From Dehalococcoidia bacterium (GTDB lineage: Bacteria; Chloroflexota; Dehalococcoidia; UBA2979): a stretch of DNA of 52,844 nucleotides. The notes beneath the pieces are model-generated. The model was not told the DNA's origin. It ran no database searches and was given only the letters and a program-made list of their open reading frames with translations. Below, piece after piece: positions 1 to 8,712 of this stretch. Location of the stretch: assembly GCA_963694535.1 (NCBI GenBank), contig CAVODE010000002.1:1-52844 (forward strand), in the 5' to 3' direction. The stretch's first letter is position 1. Each line of letters starts with the position of its first letter. Position numbers and translations under genes: made by a program.

Positions 1-114
1 ATATTGACGCGTGGTAAGTAAAATTAAATGGGCTTTGTATAATTAATTAAAATTTTCGAGGATAAATACGGAATTCAAGCAGTACTTCGTCGTAAATCTC
101 ACGAATTTTCACTA

Positions 115-145
115 TTTTAGCACTCTCCTTCCGAGAGTGCTAAAA
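115..145. repeat. Perfect 13-bp inverted repeat / stem-loop (TTTTAGCACTCTC-cttcc-GAGAGTGCTAAAA) just upstream of the first gene
   Basis: Read directly: 115-127 is the exact reverse complement of 133-145, with a 5-nt loop. There is no U-tract outside the stem on either strand, so it is not a canonical intrinsic terminator. It lies about 30 nt before the start codon at 178. Confidence 0.7.
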
Positions 146-177
146 TATCATCTATCAACGAAATAGAGGTGGAAGAC

Positions 178-1149
178 ATGGACACACATTCAGAGGGCTT
201 TCTAAATATAGACACTGATTTAAGTAAAATAAAGGCTTCGGTATTAATAGTAGGTGTAGGACCTCAAACCGATGGCGTGGCTGCCCACAACACTATCCTC
301 CATTTAGTAGAAGAATATGATGCTACTCAAATTGGTACCATAAATTCTGAAGATTTATTTGATTTAAGCGATGAGCGCCCGCAAGTTTCACTTGATGATT
401 TAGGCAACAGAACAATAGAGTGGCCTGATGCAAGCTTTTGGCACCTTGCAAAGGAAAATTTATCGTCTCCCGTTGTTGCACCTCTTGTCGATACCCGTGA
501 TGGTGATATTTTATTTTTTACTTCACCCGAGCCACATTTTAAATGGATGAAAATAGCTGAAGCAATTACACACGTCGCAACAAAAACTCAAATCCAAAAA
601 ATAATTTTGCTTTCGTCATTTGATGGACCGGTCCCATACGACAAACAAGCCCCCATTCTTGTTACGTCAGGTGCATCAGCCAATGACGCAGAGAATCCGG
701 CTCATGATTTTGCGAGGAATATCGCTGATCTCACTGCGGCCAGCTTCACTACCCCTAAATATCAAGGGGGTGCCACTTTCACCATGGCGTTAGGCACCAT
801 GCTGAGGAATGAAGGATTTATGGTAGCCACGATAAACGCAATTGCCCCTTTCTACGTGCAAAATAGTGGCTCTCCACATGCCATTGATGCGCTCCTGAGC
901 GCTTTCGATAGTCTATATGGCACAATCACCCCTCGTTATGATCTAGAGGAAGAAATGCTTAATTTAAGAACTCGGCTCGAGAACGCACGTAGTGAAGATT
1001 CAACTTTTGACACGTTTATAAATGCGCTGGACTCACAGTTTCTCACATGGCAGCAAAATTTTGTGCAAACTGTAAAAGAGCCTGAGCTTAAAACAGAGGA
1101 TATTCTTGCGGATGTTGAGGCCTTGTTTAATGAAGATCAAGTAAGTTAG
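178..1149 (+). CDS. PAC2-family (proteasome assembly chaperone 2-like) protein
   Basis: The ORF track gives 169..1149. AGAGGTGG at 165-172 favours ATG 178 over GTG 169. Segments VLIVGVGPQTDGVAA, IEWPDASFW, FFTSPEPHFKW and LLSSFDGPVPY match the PAC2 (PF09754) pattern as I remember it from actinobacterial proteins. No search was run. Confidence 0.55.
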   Translation: MDTHSEGFLNIDTDLSKIKASVLIVGVGPQTDGVAAHNTILHLVEEYDATQIGTINSEDLFDLSDERPQVSLDDLGNRTIEWPDASFWHLAKENLSSPVVAPLVDTRDGDILFFTSPEPHFKWMKIAEAITHVATKTQIQKIILLSSFDGPVPYDKQAPILVTSGASANDAENPAHDFARNIADLTAASFTTPKYQGGATFTMALGTMLRNEGFMVATINAIAPFYVQNSGSPHAIDALLSAFDSLYGTITPRYDLEEEMLNLRTRLENARSEDSTFDTFINALDSQFLTWQQNFVQTVKEPELKTEDILADVEALFNEDQVS

Positions 1150-1162
1150 AAGATAAATCTAG

Positions 1163-2062
1163 ATGGATAACGGCAAATCCTCAAATGATTTAACGGCACA
1201 TAGGATAGCTGTTTCGTATATAGATAAGTCCAGGGATTTTTACTCGGCACAAGGCTATGGAAAACCTTATCGTTGGGCATCTAATTTAGAAACTCCCTTT
1301 ACTCCGCTGAAAAAACCACTAAATGAGTGTCGCGTAGGACTCGTCACCACAGCCACTATTCCAAAACCCGGCGTGAGTCTTGAGTATGATCCTGGACTAC
1401 TCAAAACAACGGCTCTTTTCAGCGCACCTAGCGACCCTACCCCAGACGCTCTTTACACAATGGATAGATCTTGGGATAAAGAAGCTACGCATACTCTGGA
1501 TCTCGGGTCATTTTTTCCATTAGATCATTTGAAATATTTTGCGGAACAAGAGATAATTGGATCAGTTTCACCAAGGTTTTATGGAGTGCCTACCGACTAC
1601 TCACAGAGTCGAACATCAAAAAAGTATGCACCCGAGATATATAGACAAATGCAAGAAGACAAGGTTGATATCGCCTTACTGGTGCCACTATGACCCGTTT
1701 GTCATCAGACCGTGGGCCTGATCGCACGTCATCTTGAATCAACTGGCATTCCAACGGTCATAGCTGGTTCCGCCAGGGATATCATCGAACAGTGTGGTGT
1801 GCCACGATTTCTCTTCACTGATTTTCCACTTGGGAATCCTATGGGCGTCCCATTTGACAGCGGAATGCAAAAGACTATCACTCGCATGGCACTAGATCTC
1901 GCAGTTAATACCTCGTTCTCGCGAACTACCGTTCAAACACCGTTTGAGTGGCACGATAATGAGTGGAGAAAAAAGTTCATGTATGTCGGAGATGAAAATC
2001 GAGAATTACTCGCACGAGCTGGACGGTTACGCAAGTTACAACAGGAAAAAAATCGACAGTAA
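1163..2062 (+). CDS. PrdB/GrdB-family (glycine/sarcosine/betaine/D-proline reductase component B-like) putative selenoprotein, read through in-frame UGA at 1691..1693
   Basis: Track ORFs 1163..1693 and 1712..2062 are in the same frame. They are separated only by TGA plus six sense codons. The joined product of 299 aa reads VDIALLVPL-U-PVCHQTVGLIARHLESTGIPTVIAGS. That matches the U-x-x-C-H ... E-x-x-GIPT context of clostridial PrdB as I recall it. The upstream part (FFPLDHL..., APEIYRQMQEDKVD) also aligns with that family. Confidence 0.75.
1704..1722 (+). promoter_or_regulatory. Possible bacterial SECIS hairpin downstream of the in-frame UGA
   Basis: ATCAG (1704-1708) pairs with CTGAT (1718-1722), and an inner CC/GG pair leaves a GUG apical loop. 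The hairpin begins after a 10-nt spacer from the UGA, about the spacing expected for bacterial SECIS elements. The stem is short, so support is weak. Confidence 0.35.
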
Positions 2063-2106
2063 ATCGTGTAAGTTATTCCACAAAGAAAAACTGACGAATT
2101 CACCAT

Positions 2107-2673
2107 ATGCCGTCATGTGATGATACGCTCGCGTCATCAGAAAACATGGCAGGCCTCCACATGACGATACAAGATAATAAAAATTTTGATTCCAGAGCGT
2201 TTAGAAATGCAATGGGTTCCTTTGCCACGGGGGTTACTGTTGTAACAATGGCAAAATCTGATGGAAGTCTAAAGGCCATGACGGCAAATGCATTTTCTTC
2301 AGTGTCACTTGAACCACCTATGCTGCTGGTCTGCATTGACAAGGGAGCTTCCATGCACGAATGGCTCGACCATGTTAGTGCCTTCGGTGTAAATATCTTG
2401 TCAGGTGAACAGCAACATGTGTCAAATGTTTTCGCAAGTAGCGGTACACATCCGGAACCATTGAGCGGAATTCCGCATACGATTGGCCCTCTGGGAGTTC
2501 CCGTAATCAATGACGTTATGCTCTGGGCAAGTTGTAAAATAATACATAAATATCCGGCTGGAGATCACACAATACTCGTTGGACAAGTCGAAGGGCTAGA
2601 AAACAACCAAGCTATTAATAGCCCACTATTGTTTCACAGTGGTAAATATCACCAACTAGGTGAGGAAATGTAG
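2107..2673 (+). CDS. Flavin reductase family protein (FMN-binding split-barrel, NAD(P)H:flavin oxidoreductase)
   Basis: FRNAMGSFATGVTVVT, FSSVSLEPPMLLVCI, HTILVGQVE and PLLFHSGKY are typical flavin reductase domain motifs. The true start may be a later ATG (2146 or 2161). Confidence 0.85.
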   Translation: MPSCDDTLASSENMAGLHMTIQDNKNFDSRAFRNAMGSFATGVTVVTMAKSDGSLKAMTANAFSSVSLEPPMLLVCIDKGASMHEWLDHVSAFGVNILSGEQQHVSNVFASSGTHPEPLSGIPHTIGPLGVPVINDVMLWASCKIIHKYPAGDHTILVGQVEGLENNQAINSPLLFHSGKYHQLGEEM

Positions 2674-2679
2674 ATAACA

Positions 2680-3363
2680 GTGCCAGTAACCAACGCCAAC
2701 GGAATAAATCAACACTACGAACTGACTGGTAATGGAAATCAAACGGTAGTCTGGATTCACGGCATTGGCGGTTCACTTAATTACTGGACCGAGGATTTAC
2801 CTAAATTCTCTAACTTCCAGCATTTGACATACGATGTCAGAGGAATGGGAGAAACTGAAGGAACTAGCGACTCCGTTTCACTTCAAATTTGGGCAAAAGA
2901 TCTGAGTGAACTATTGAAAGCTCTGGATATTAATAATGCAATTATTGCAGGTTCATCTATGGGTGGAGCTATCGCACAGCGATTTGCAATAGATAATCCC
3001 GATCAAACCGCAGCACTTTTGCTTCTGTCCACATCGAGCCGAGTTGGTGCAGCGGCAACAGATCATTGGCGAGCACAGGCCGATGAGACAGAAAAAAAAG
3101 GAGATAAATTTCTAGCGGAAGCTCAGCGAGCGGTCGCGTTCTACAATATGGATGAGGAGCTTAAAGATATCGCAGTTGCAACTCTAATTTTAGTTGGTGA
3201 TGCTGACCCTACGACTCCACCTGGTGGCTCGGTCATTATGTCCAGATGCATTGTCGACTCAGAACTTGAAATTTATTCTGGTTTGGGTCATGCGCCGCTG
3301 CACGAGTCAGATGAACCTGTCAAAAGAGTGCAGGCATGGCTCGCTCGAGTACAAACTGCATAG
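2680..3363 (+). CDS. Alpha/beta hydrolase (3-oxoadipate enol-lactonase-like)
   Basis: HGIGGS oxyanion region, GSSMGG nucleophile elbow, and a C-terminal GHAP with His. GTG start. Confidence 0.8.
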   Translation: MPVTNANGINQHYELTGNGNQTVVWIHGIGGSLNYWTEDLPKFSNFQHLTYDVRGMGETEGTSDSVSLQIWAKDLSELLKALDINNAIIAGSSMGGAIAQRFAIDNPDQTAALLLLSTSSRVGAAATDHWRAQADETEKKGDKFLAEAQRAVAFYNMDEELKDIAVATLILVGDADPTTPPGGSVIMSRCIVDSELEIYSGLGHAPLHESDEPVKRVQAWLARVQTA

Positions 3364-3455
3364 AGTAACTACTCTGTGCTCGGAGTCTGACGAAAACGTA
3401 AACTCTGCAATTTAGATCCAAAAGCAGTTCCCTGCTAATATAAATTTGAGATTAT

Positions 3456-3532
3456 GGTGGGTGTGGCCTAATGGTTAAGGCTCCAGGTTGTGGTCCCGGC
3501 GATTGTGGGTTCGAATCCCATCACCCACCCCA
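3456..3532 (+). tRNA. tRNA-His (anticodon GUG)
   Basis: Folded by hand. G-1 at 3456 is opposite discriminator C 3529. The acceptor stem is GTGGGTG/CACCCAC and the D stem is GCCT/AGGC. The anticodon stem is CCAGG/CCCGG with one A-C mismatch, and the loop TTGTGGT carries GTG at 3490-3492. The T arm is GTGGG-TTCGAAT-CCCAT. CCA is encoded at 3530-3532. Confidence 0.9.
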
Positions 3533-3575
3533 CTCTCAAATACACGAAACACCTTAGAAATGACTTGCAATAAAG

Positions 3576-4124
3576 ATGATCGGTAGTTCCCGCACAAACC
3601 TTGTCGCAAGCATGCTCATATTCACACTTGTATCTCATTCCTTTATCATCGGGTCATCGCTGCTATTGGCTACTCTCTTCACACGGATCGAACATGTAGT
3701 CCTATACGTGAGCGTGCTATTTTCTCTCACCCTTGGCATCCAAATTTGGGAAGAATCAAAAAAGAAATTAACCCGCCTGAGCGTGGTGTATTACGATGGG
3801 GACTGCCGATTTTGTGTTTGCACACTAAAAATACTATCAACGATCTTCAGATTCAAACACGTACGGTTCGTAAGAGGCGATTCTGATCCAAAGATTAACT
3901 CCGAAATGAATAATGAAAATTCCTGGCTCGTCCAAGATAGCAATGGTAGTTTTAATCTTCGCTCTGCCGGATTAATAGAATTACTAAAAACATCTCACTA
4001 TCTCTTTGGTACGACACGCTTGCTTGACTTTGCTACACGCGTGCTAGAGAAGCCATTAGATAGGCTGTATAACCTGATTGCCGAAAATAGAGCATTTCTG
4101 TCAAAAATGATATCCTGCAAATAG
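3576..4124 (+). CDS. DCC-family thiol-disulfide oxidoreductase (DUF393) with N-terminal hydrophobic extension
   Basis: VVYYDGDCRFCVCTLK carries the D-x-x-C-x-x-C signature of the DCC family. The first ~60 aa are two hydrophobic segments. A shorter product starting at the GTG codons just before YYDG is possible. Confidence 0.6.
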   Translation: MIGSSRTNLVASMLIFTLVSHSFIIGSSLLLATLFTRIEHVVLYVSVLFSLTLGIQIWEESKKKLTRLSVVYYDGDCRFCVCTLKILSTIFRFKHVRFVRGDSDPKINSEMNNENSWLVQDSNGSFNLRSAGLIELLKTSHYLFGTTRLLDFATRVLEKPLDRLYNLIAENRAFLSKMISCK

Positions 4125-4166
4125 TGAATCTGAATCCCAAGCTGACAGAAAAAGACGATATTTCTG

Positions 4167-4592
4167 ATGAGTAATTCTTATACTAAATGCGAAACGAAAT
4201 TTGGTTTCTTACTCCTCCAAAGATCATGCGGATCACTCTCGAGCGGGCAATGCGTCTATTGCGGAAGGTATTTTTGCCTTCGCTGTGGAATACAGGAAGA
4301 AAATCATTATGACGTCTGCAAGAGGCACAGCTGTAAACTAAAATATACAGACCTAACAACTCATAAAAAATGGATTGTAAAGCAACAAAAACTAAATGAC
4401 CAAGGGCTTTGTGCCGGTGACGAATGTGAATTTAAATCCCTACATATTTGTGAGCAATGCCATCTAGCCTTTTGCAAAAAATGTCTGAGATTCACAAAAG
4501 CACGCGTAGTGACAGTGCGCACCACCCTACAGGTGGAAAAATTGATTTGTCTTCATTGCAAGGCGCGTCAGAAAATATGGAATGCTAATTAG
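4167..4592 (+). CDS. Cysteine-rich putative zinc-binding protein (two CxxC-x4-CxxC modules)
   Basis: 141 aa with 16 Cys. The two modules are CVYCGRYFCLRC ... HYDVCKRHSC and CEQCHLAFCKKC ... CLHC. No family is confidently recognised. Confidence 0.45.
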   Translation: MSNSYTKCETKFGFLLLQRSCGSLSSGQCVYCGRYFCLRCGIQEENHYDVCKRHSCKLKYTDLTTHKKWIVKQQKLNDQGLCAGDECEFKSLHICEQCHLAFCKKCLRFTKARVVTVRTTLQVEKLICLHCKARQKIWNAN

Positions 4593-4593
4593 T

Positions 4594-5355
4594 TTAGCCT
4601 TGTGTAACTGGATTGCTTAACAAGATGACATTCTTTCCTTCGGCAACCTCAACTTCGCACGTGTCTCCATCCACAATCATTCCAGTTGTTCCAGGCGTAC
4701 CAGTGAAAACTAAATCTCCGGCCTCAAGAGTCATATAATGAGAAACTCTAGAAATACAAGCTGCAATTGAATTAATCAATAATGAAGTATTAGATTCCTG
4801 CTGAGTCTTTCCGCTGATACGTCCTTCAATACGAGTAGTCCAGGGATCTATTTCTGTATCTAACCATGGTCCTACAGCTGTGAACGTATCTGAAGATTTT
4901 GCTCTCCACCATTGCAAGTCGGCTTGCTGCCAGTCACGTCCCGAAACATCATTACCAGCGGTATATCCAGCTACGTAGTTCAGCGCATCATCGGGAGACA
5001 CCTTCGAACATGTTGCGTTCATCACTGCAACCAATTCAGCCTCCATATGTACGTTGGTCGAGTCTGGCGGCAATATGATTGCCTCTCCATGAGCTATCAA
5101 TGAGGATGGAGTTTTGAGAAATGGCTGAGGTTCTGTGGGGGCAACTCTGTCTCCAGCGTGATCCATATAGTTAATCCCAATAGCTACTATTTTTGAAGGA
5201 TCCGTAGGCACTAAAAATTTAATCTGGCTTATAGACATCGACTCACCAGTGTCAGTGCCAGGAGATAGTATTGATCCCTCAATTATAAAAGCCTGCTCTC
5301 CTTCGATTCGAGCCAAAAGATTTCTGCCATTCGCTTCGATTCTTGCAATTTTCAC
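4594..5355 (-). CDS. Fumarylacetoacetate hydrolase (FAH) family protein
   Basis: GINYMDHA, EAELVAVM, GYTAGNDVSGRDWQ and GDLVFTGTPGT are classical FAH-domain motifs. Confidence 0.85.
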   Translation of the reverse strand: MKIARIEANGRNLLARIEGEQAFIIEGSILSPGTDTGESMSISQIKFLVPTDPSKIVAIGINYMDHAGDRVAPTEPQPFLKTPSSLIAHGEAIILPPDSTNVHMEAELVAVMNATCSKVSPDDALNYVAGYTAGNDVSGRDWQQADLQWWRAKSSDTFTAVGPWLDTEIDPWTTRIEGRISGKTQQESNTSLLINSIAACISRVSHYMTLEAGDLVFTGTPGTTGMIVDGDTCEVEVAEGKNVILLSNPVTQG

Positions 5356-5400
5356 TAGATATCTCCATTCAACGTAAATACTATTTGGTCTGACTGCTAC

Positions 5401-5817
5401 TCACTCGTCAGGGTAATCGTAGCCAAGTAGTCCAGAGGTTAATGCATTTCTCTTCCACGACCAATACTGTCGAATCTCATATATCAGTCCAGCAGCTATC
5501 GTATAGTGTTCAGATCCATGAAAGACTACTTCTTTACCAGCAATCGTTCCCTTCATAGTCCATTCAATAGCCGCCGATTCACCAGATTCGATTACTGAGT
5601 CCACATGCCATGTCGCGCCATTCCACTGCTCTCTAATATCTACCCAAAATTGACCGATAAGTTCTTTTGACAATATGGGTTGATGATTTGTGTCATATAC
5701 AGCGGCCTCAGTCGAAAAAAAGTCTGCTATCTCGGCTGCCGATCCATAGCTACAAGATAGAAAGTATTTTCTAATCAATACTTCGCTCGGACCTTGGTGC
5801 CTGTTGGCTTCACTCAT
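5401..5817 (-). CDS. NTF2-like / SnoaL-like domain protein
   Basis: 138 aa with size and pattern typical of SnoaL_2-type cone folds. Its start overlaps the upstream stop (ATGA), which suggests translational coupling with the ligase gene. Confidence 0.55.
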   Translation of the reverse strand: MSEANRHQGPSEVLIRKYFLSCSYGSAAEIADFFSTEAAVYDTNHQPILSKELIGQFWVDIREQWNGATWHVDSVIESGESAAIEWTMKGTIAGKEVVFHGSEHYTIAAGLIYEIRQYWSWKRNALTSGLLGYDYPDE

Positions 5818-7040
5818 CAGTTCGCTTCTAAATCAACGCCCAGCACCATCGCGAGTTCGATTAGAGACGATCTACCTGCCTCACTCGAAACTTTGCCTTT
5901 TATAATTGCATTGGCTAATCCTATAAGAATGTTTGCCGCGGCTGGGGTATCAAGGTCATTGTCCATAGCTGCTTGAAAACGACTTCGGTATGGTTGAGAG
6001 GAAAGTGGGTCTCCTGCTGATCCGCTCATCAAAGTTGCATTCTTAAAAATCGTTACAAGCTCTTCGCACGTCGCTAGGGCTGCTGAATCATAATCTCTAT
6101 CCTCCCGATAATGTACTCGGGCCAACGAAAGTCTTACTGCATTTCCAGAATATTCTCGCTGCACTAGGTCACTCACTTTAACAAGATTCCCTAGCGATTT
6201 TGACATTTTTACGCCATCGAGCTGCATCGTCCCATTATGCATCCAGTATGAAACATATGGTGTCTTGCCAGTAAATGCTTCACTCTGAGCAATTTCAGAT
6301 GCGTGATGCGGATAACGTAAATCCTTTCCACCACCATGTATATCCAAACGATCGCCTAAATGGGTTTGAGCCATCACAGAACATTCAATATGCCACCCAG
6401 GTCGACCCACACCCCACGGAGATTCAAAACTCGCCTCAGCGTGCGAAGAGGGTTGCCAGATTAAAAAGTCTAGTGGTGATCGTTTCAGTTCTTCCGGCTC
6501 GGCAGGCATGGAATCAGATTCAAAGGTAAGTAGTTCAGTATTTGTCAGACCAATAAGGTCACCTAGGGACTGTTGCTTATCAGAATCAAAAAATACATAC
6601 CCATCCCTGAGGTATGCCGCTTCTTTTTCTACTAAATTAGCTACGACAGTAATGATTTCAGGAATAGTCTCCGACACGCGTGGGTACAAATTCGGCGCCA
6701 AAATATTTAAGGCCGACATCTCATCAAGATAAATCTGATGATTTGTGTCCGTCAGCTCTTTAATCGTCAAGCCTCGCTCTTCTGAGACGCGCACCATATC
6801 ATCGTCAATATCCGTTATATTTTGAATGTGAGTGACTTCGTGACCATTAAATTCTAGCCACCTCCGCAAGAGGTCAAATGCAACTGATGTGAGAGCATGT
6901 CCCAAATGACCAACATCGTACGGAGTCACTCCACACACATAAAGACCAACCCCTGTGTCACTGAGAGGAACAAATGGTTCAATTTTTTGCGATAACGAAT
7001 TGAATAGTCGTAAATTATTATGCGGTCTTGCTTCTAACAT
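5817..7040 (-). CDS. Cysteinyl-tRNA-synthetase paralog with MshC-like architecture (cysteine ligase lacking the C-terminal anticodon-binding domain)
   Basis: It has class-I motifs HLGH and KMSKS. The zinc/cysteine-site residues are present (YVCG, WHIECS, HGGGxDLxYPHHxSE). It is 407 aa and ends right after MDNDLDTP...LGVDL. HYREDR and GVTPYDVGHLGHA...ITDIDD resemble actinobacterial MshC as I recall it. Confidence 0.7.
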   Translation of the reverse strand: MLEARPHNNLRLFNSLSQKIEPFVPLSDTGVGLYVCGVTPYDVGHLGHALTSVAFDLLRRWLEFNGHEVTHIQNITDIDDDMVRVSEERGLTIKELTDTNHQIYLDEMSALNILAPNLYPRVSETIPEIITVVANLVEKEAAYLRDGYVFFDSDKQQSLGDLIGLTNTELLTFESDSMPAEPEELKRSPLDFLIWQPSSHAEASFESPWGVGRPGWHIECSVMAQTHLGDRLDIHGGGKDLRYPHHASEIAQSEAFTGKTPYVSYWMHNGTMQLDGVKMSKSLGNLVKVSDLVQREYSGNAVRLSLARVHYREDRDYDSAALATCEELVTIFKNATLMSGSAGDPLSSQPYRSRFQAAMDNDLDTPAAANILIGLANAIIKGKVSSEAGRSSLIELAMVLGVDLEAN

Positions 7041-7110
7041 TTGCCAATATTACCTCTCACGATTACTCAAGAGCTAGAGCCAAACTAGATTAATTGTTCC
7101 TCACAATTCA

Positions 7111-8712
7111 TCAGGGCCGAACCGCACGTTTTGGTTCCTTCGCAAGTTTATGCAATAACGGTTGTGCCAATTCGATAAAAGTACAAGCGATTTTACGAGT
7201 GTCACGAGGGTCAATCAGATCAATAACATCGAATTTGTGAGCAGCCCGTATTGGACTTCGGAGTCGCAAAAGTCTTTCCTCAATCATTGTCCGATGTGCT
7301 TCGGGATCAGGGGCTGATTCAATCTCCCGTCGATACGCCGCCGCAACACCCCCCTCAATCGGAATTCCACCCCACTCACCAGCAGGCCAGCCAAATCGCA
7401 AATTAAGGCCATCTGGTTCACCTAAGCTATTCGGCGCATCAGCTGCCACCCCGTATGACTTTCTTACATTGAACTCAATCTTGGGAATTTTTGCCTCGTA
7501 CGATGCTATCAATGCGCGCACACCTCTCCGCATTGTGGCCTGCTTCTCTGCAGCAGATCCCAACATGAAGCCTGGCATGTCGAGGAAAATAACCATCGGT
7601 AAATTGAAGGTATCGCACAAGTCGACAAAATGCGTATACTTGTCCGCCGCATCTCCGTTCATCGCACCCGCTAATACCATCGGATCATTCCCAACAATAC
7701 CAACGCTGTAACCGCCTAACCTTGCAAAACCTGTAATCAACGAGCCACCGTAGTATCGGCGCATTTCAAAAAAATCACCGTTATCTACGACAAGCTTAAT
7801 TAGCTTGCGCGGATCATAAGGATGTCGGCGTTCCTGCGGCATTATATGCAAAAGTTCTTCGGGTCTTCGATCAACTGGATCGTCATTTTCAACTCGCGCT
7901 GCGACCTCACCAGTGGTGTTAGGGAGATAAGATAAAAAGGATTTAATTTGCTCAAAAGCCTCTTCTTCTGTGTCAGCCTCATTGTCGATCTGGCCGCTCT
8001 GGTGCACGTGTACTGCCGCACCCCCCAGTTGCTCCTTATCCAAGCTTTCTCCTAATGCACGTTTAACAACCGGCGGTCCAGACGGAAAAATTTGAGATTG
8101 GCCCTTAATCATCACGGTAAAATGCGAGAGTAAACCAAATGCAGCCGGTGCACCTGCGACTGACCCCATAATGCCAGCGGCAACCGGAACTTGATTTAGT
8201 AATGCAATCTGCCGAAACCAAGTAGTACCCATCGGCAAACCCATGTGGCCAGCTGCTTCATCAGATTTAGCTGAGTGCCCTACTCCCTCTATCAATTGGA
8301 CATATGGAATTCCATACTGCAGAGAAAGGCGTTGCGTAAACTGTCCGGCCCCCTTGTGCACGTTATGCGGACTGCCGCCAGAAATAGTGAAGTCATCACC
8401 ACCAATTGCGATTGGTCGACCATCAATCTTGCCCATTCCCATCACATATGCTCCCGGGACGAATTCAGCCAAATTTCCATCGGCGTCATATTCAGCAGCA
8501 CCGACCAAGGGGCCAGCCTCAAAAAAACTATCTTCATCAACGAATCGATCAATTCGTTCGCGAATCGTATATCGACCACCGTCGTGCTGGCGCTTAATTC
8601 GCTCAGGCCCACCCATCTCACGGGCAAGGCCTCGTATGTATTCCAGTTCATCTAATGCTTTGTCCCAAGATTCACCGGGTTTCCAAGAATCACGATTCTT
8701 ATCAATAGGCAT
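7111..8712 (-). CDS. Acyl-CoA carboxylase carboxyltransferase subunit (propionyl-CoA carboxylase beta-like)
   Basis: 533 aa two-domain carboxyl transferase. Characteristic segments include GGDDFTISGGS, GSVAGAPA and VGIVGNDP...GAM. Confidence 0.85.
   Translation of the reverse strand: MPIDKNRDSWKPGESWDKALDELEYIRGLAREMGGPERIKRQHDGGRYTIRERIDRFVDEDSFFEAGPLVGAAEYDADGNLAEFVPGAYVMGMGKIDGRPIAIGGDDFTISGGSPHNVHKGAGQFTQRLSLQYGIPYVQLIEGVGHSAKSDEAAGHMGLPMGTTWFRQIALLNQVPVAAGIMGSVAGAPAAFGLLSHFTVMIKGQSQIFPSGPPVVKRALGESLDKEQLGGAAVHVHQSGQIDNEADTEEEAFEQIKSFLSYLPNTTGEVAARVENDDPVDRRPEELLHIMPQERRHPYDPRKLIKLVVDNGDFFEMRRYYGGSLITGFARLGGYSVGIVGNDPMVLAGAMNGDAADKYTHFVDLCDTFNLPMVIFLDMPGFMLGSAAEKQATMRRGVRALIASYEAKIPKIEFNVRKSYGVAADAPNSLGEPDGLNLRFGWPAGEWGGIPIEGGVAAAYRREIESAPDPEAHRTMIEERLLRLRSPIRAAHKFDVIDLIDPRDTRKIACTFIELAQPLLHKLAKEPKRAVRP

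Noticed and set aside
2100-2510. 136-aa ORF on the minus strand
   Set aside because: It is entirely antisense to the well-supported flavin reductase gene. Its composition is Cys/Ser/Thr-rich and no family is recognisable, so it is a shadow ORF.
4132-4139. Possible att-type direct repeat of the tRNA-His 3' end (GAATCCCA), which would delimit an island 3533..4139
   Set aside because: The identity is only 8 nt, which is expected by chance in 50 kb. There is no integrase or other mobility gene.
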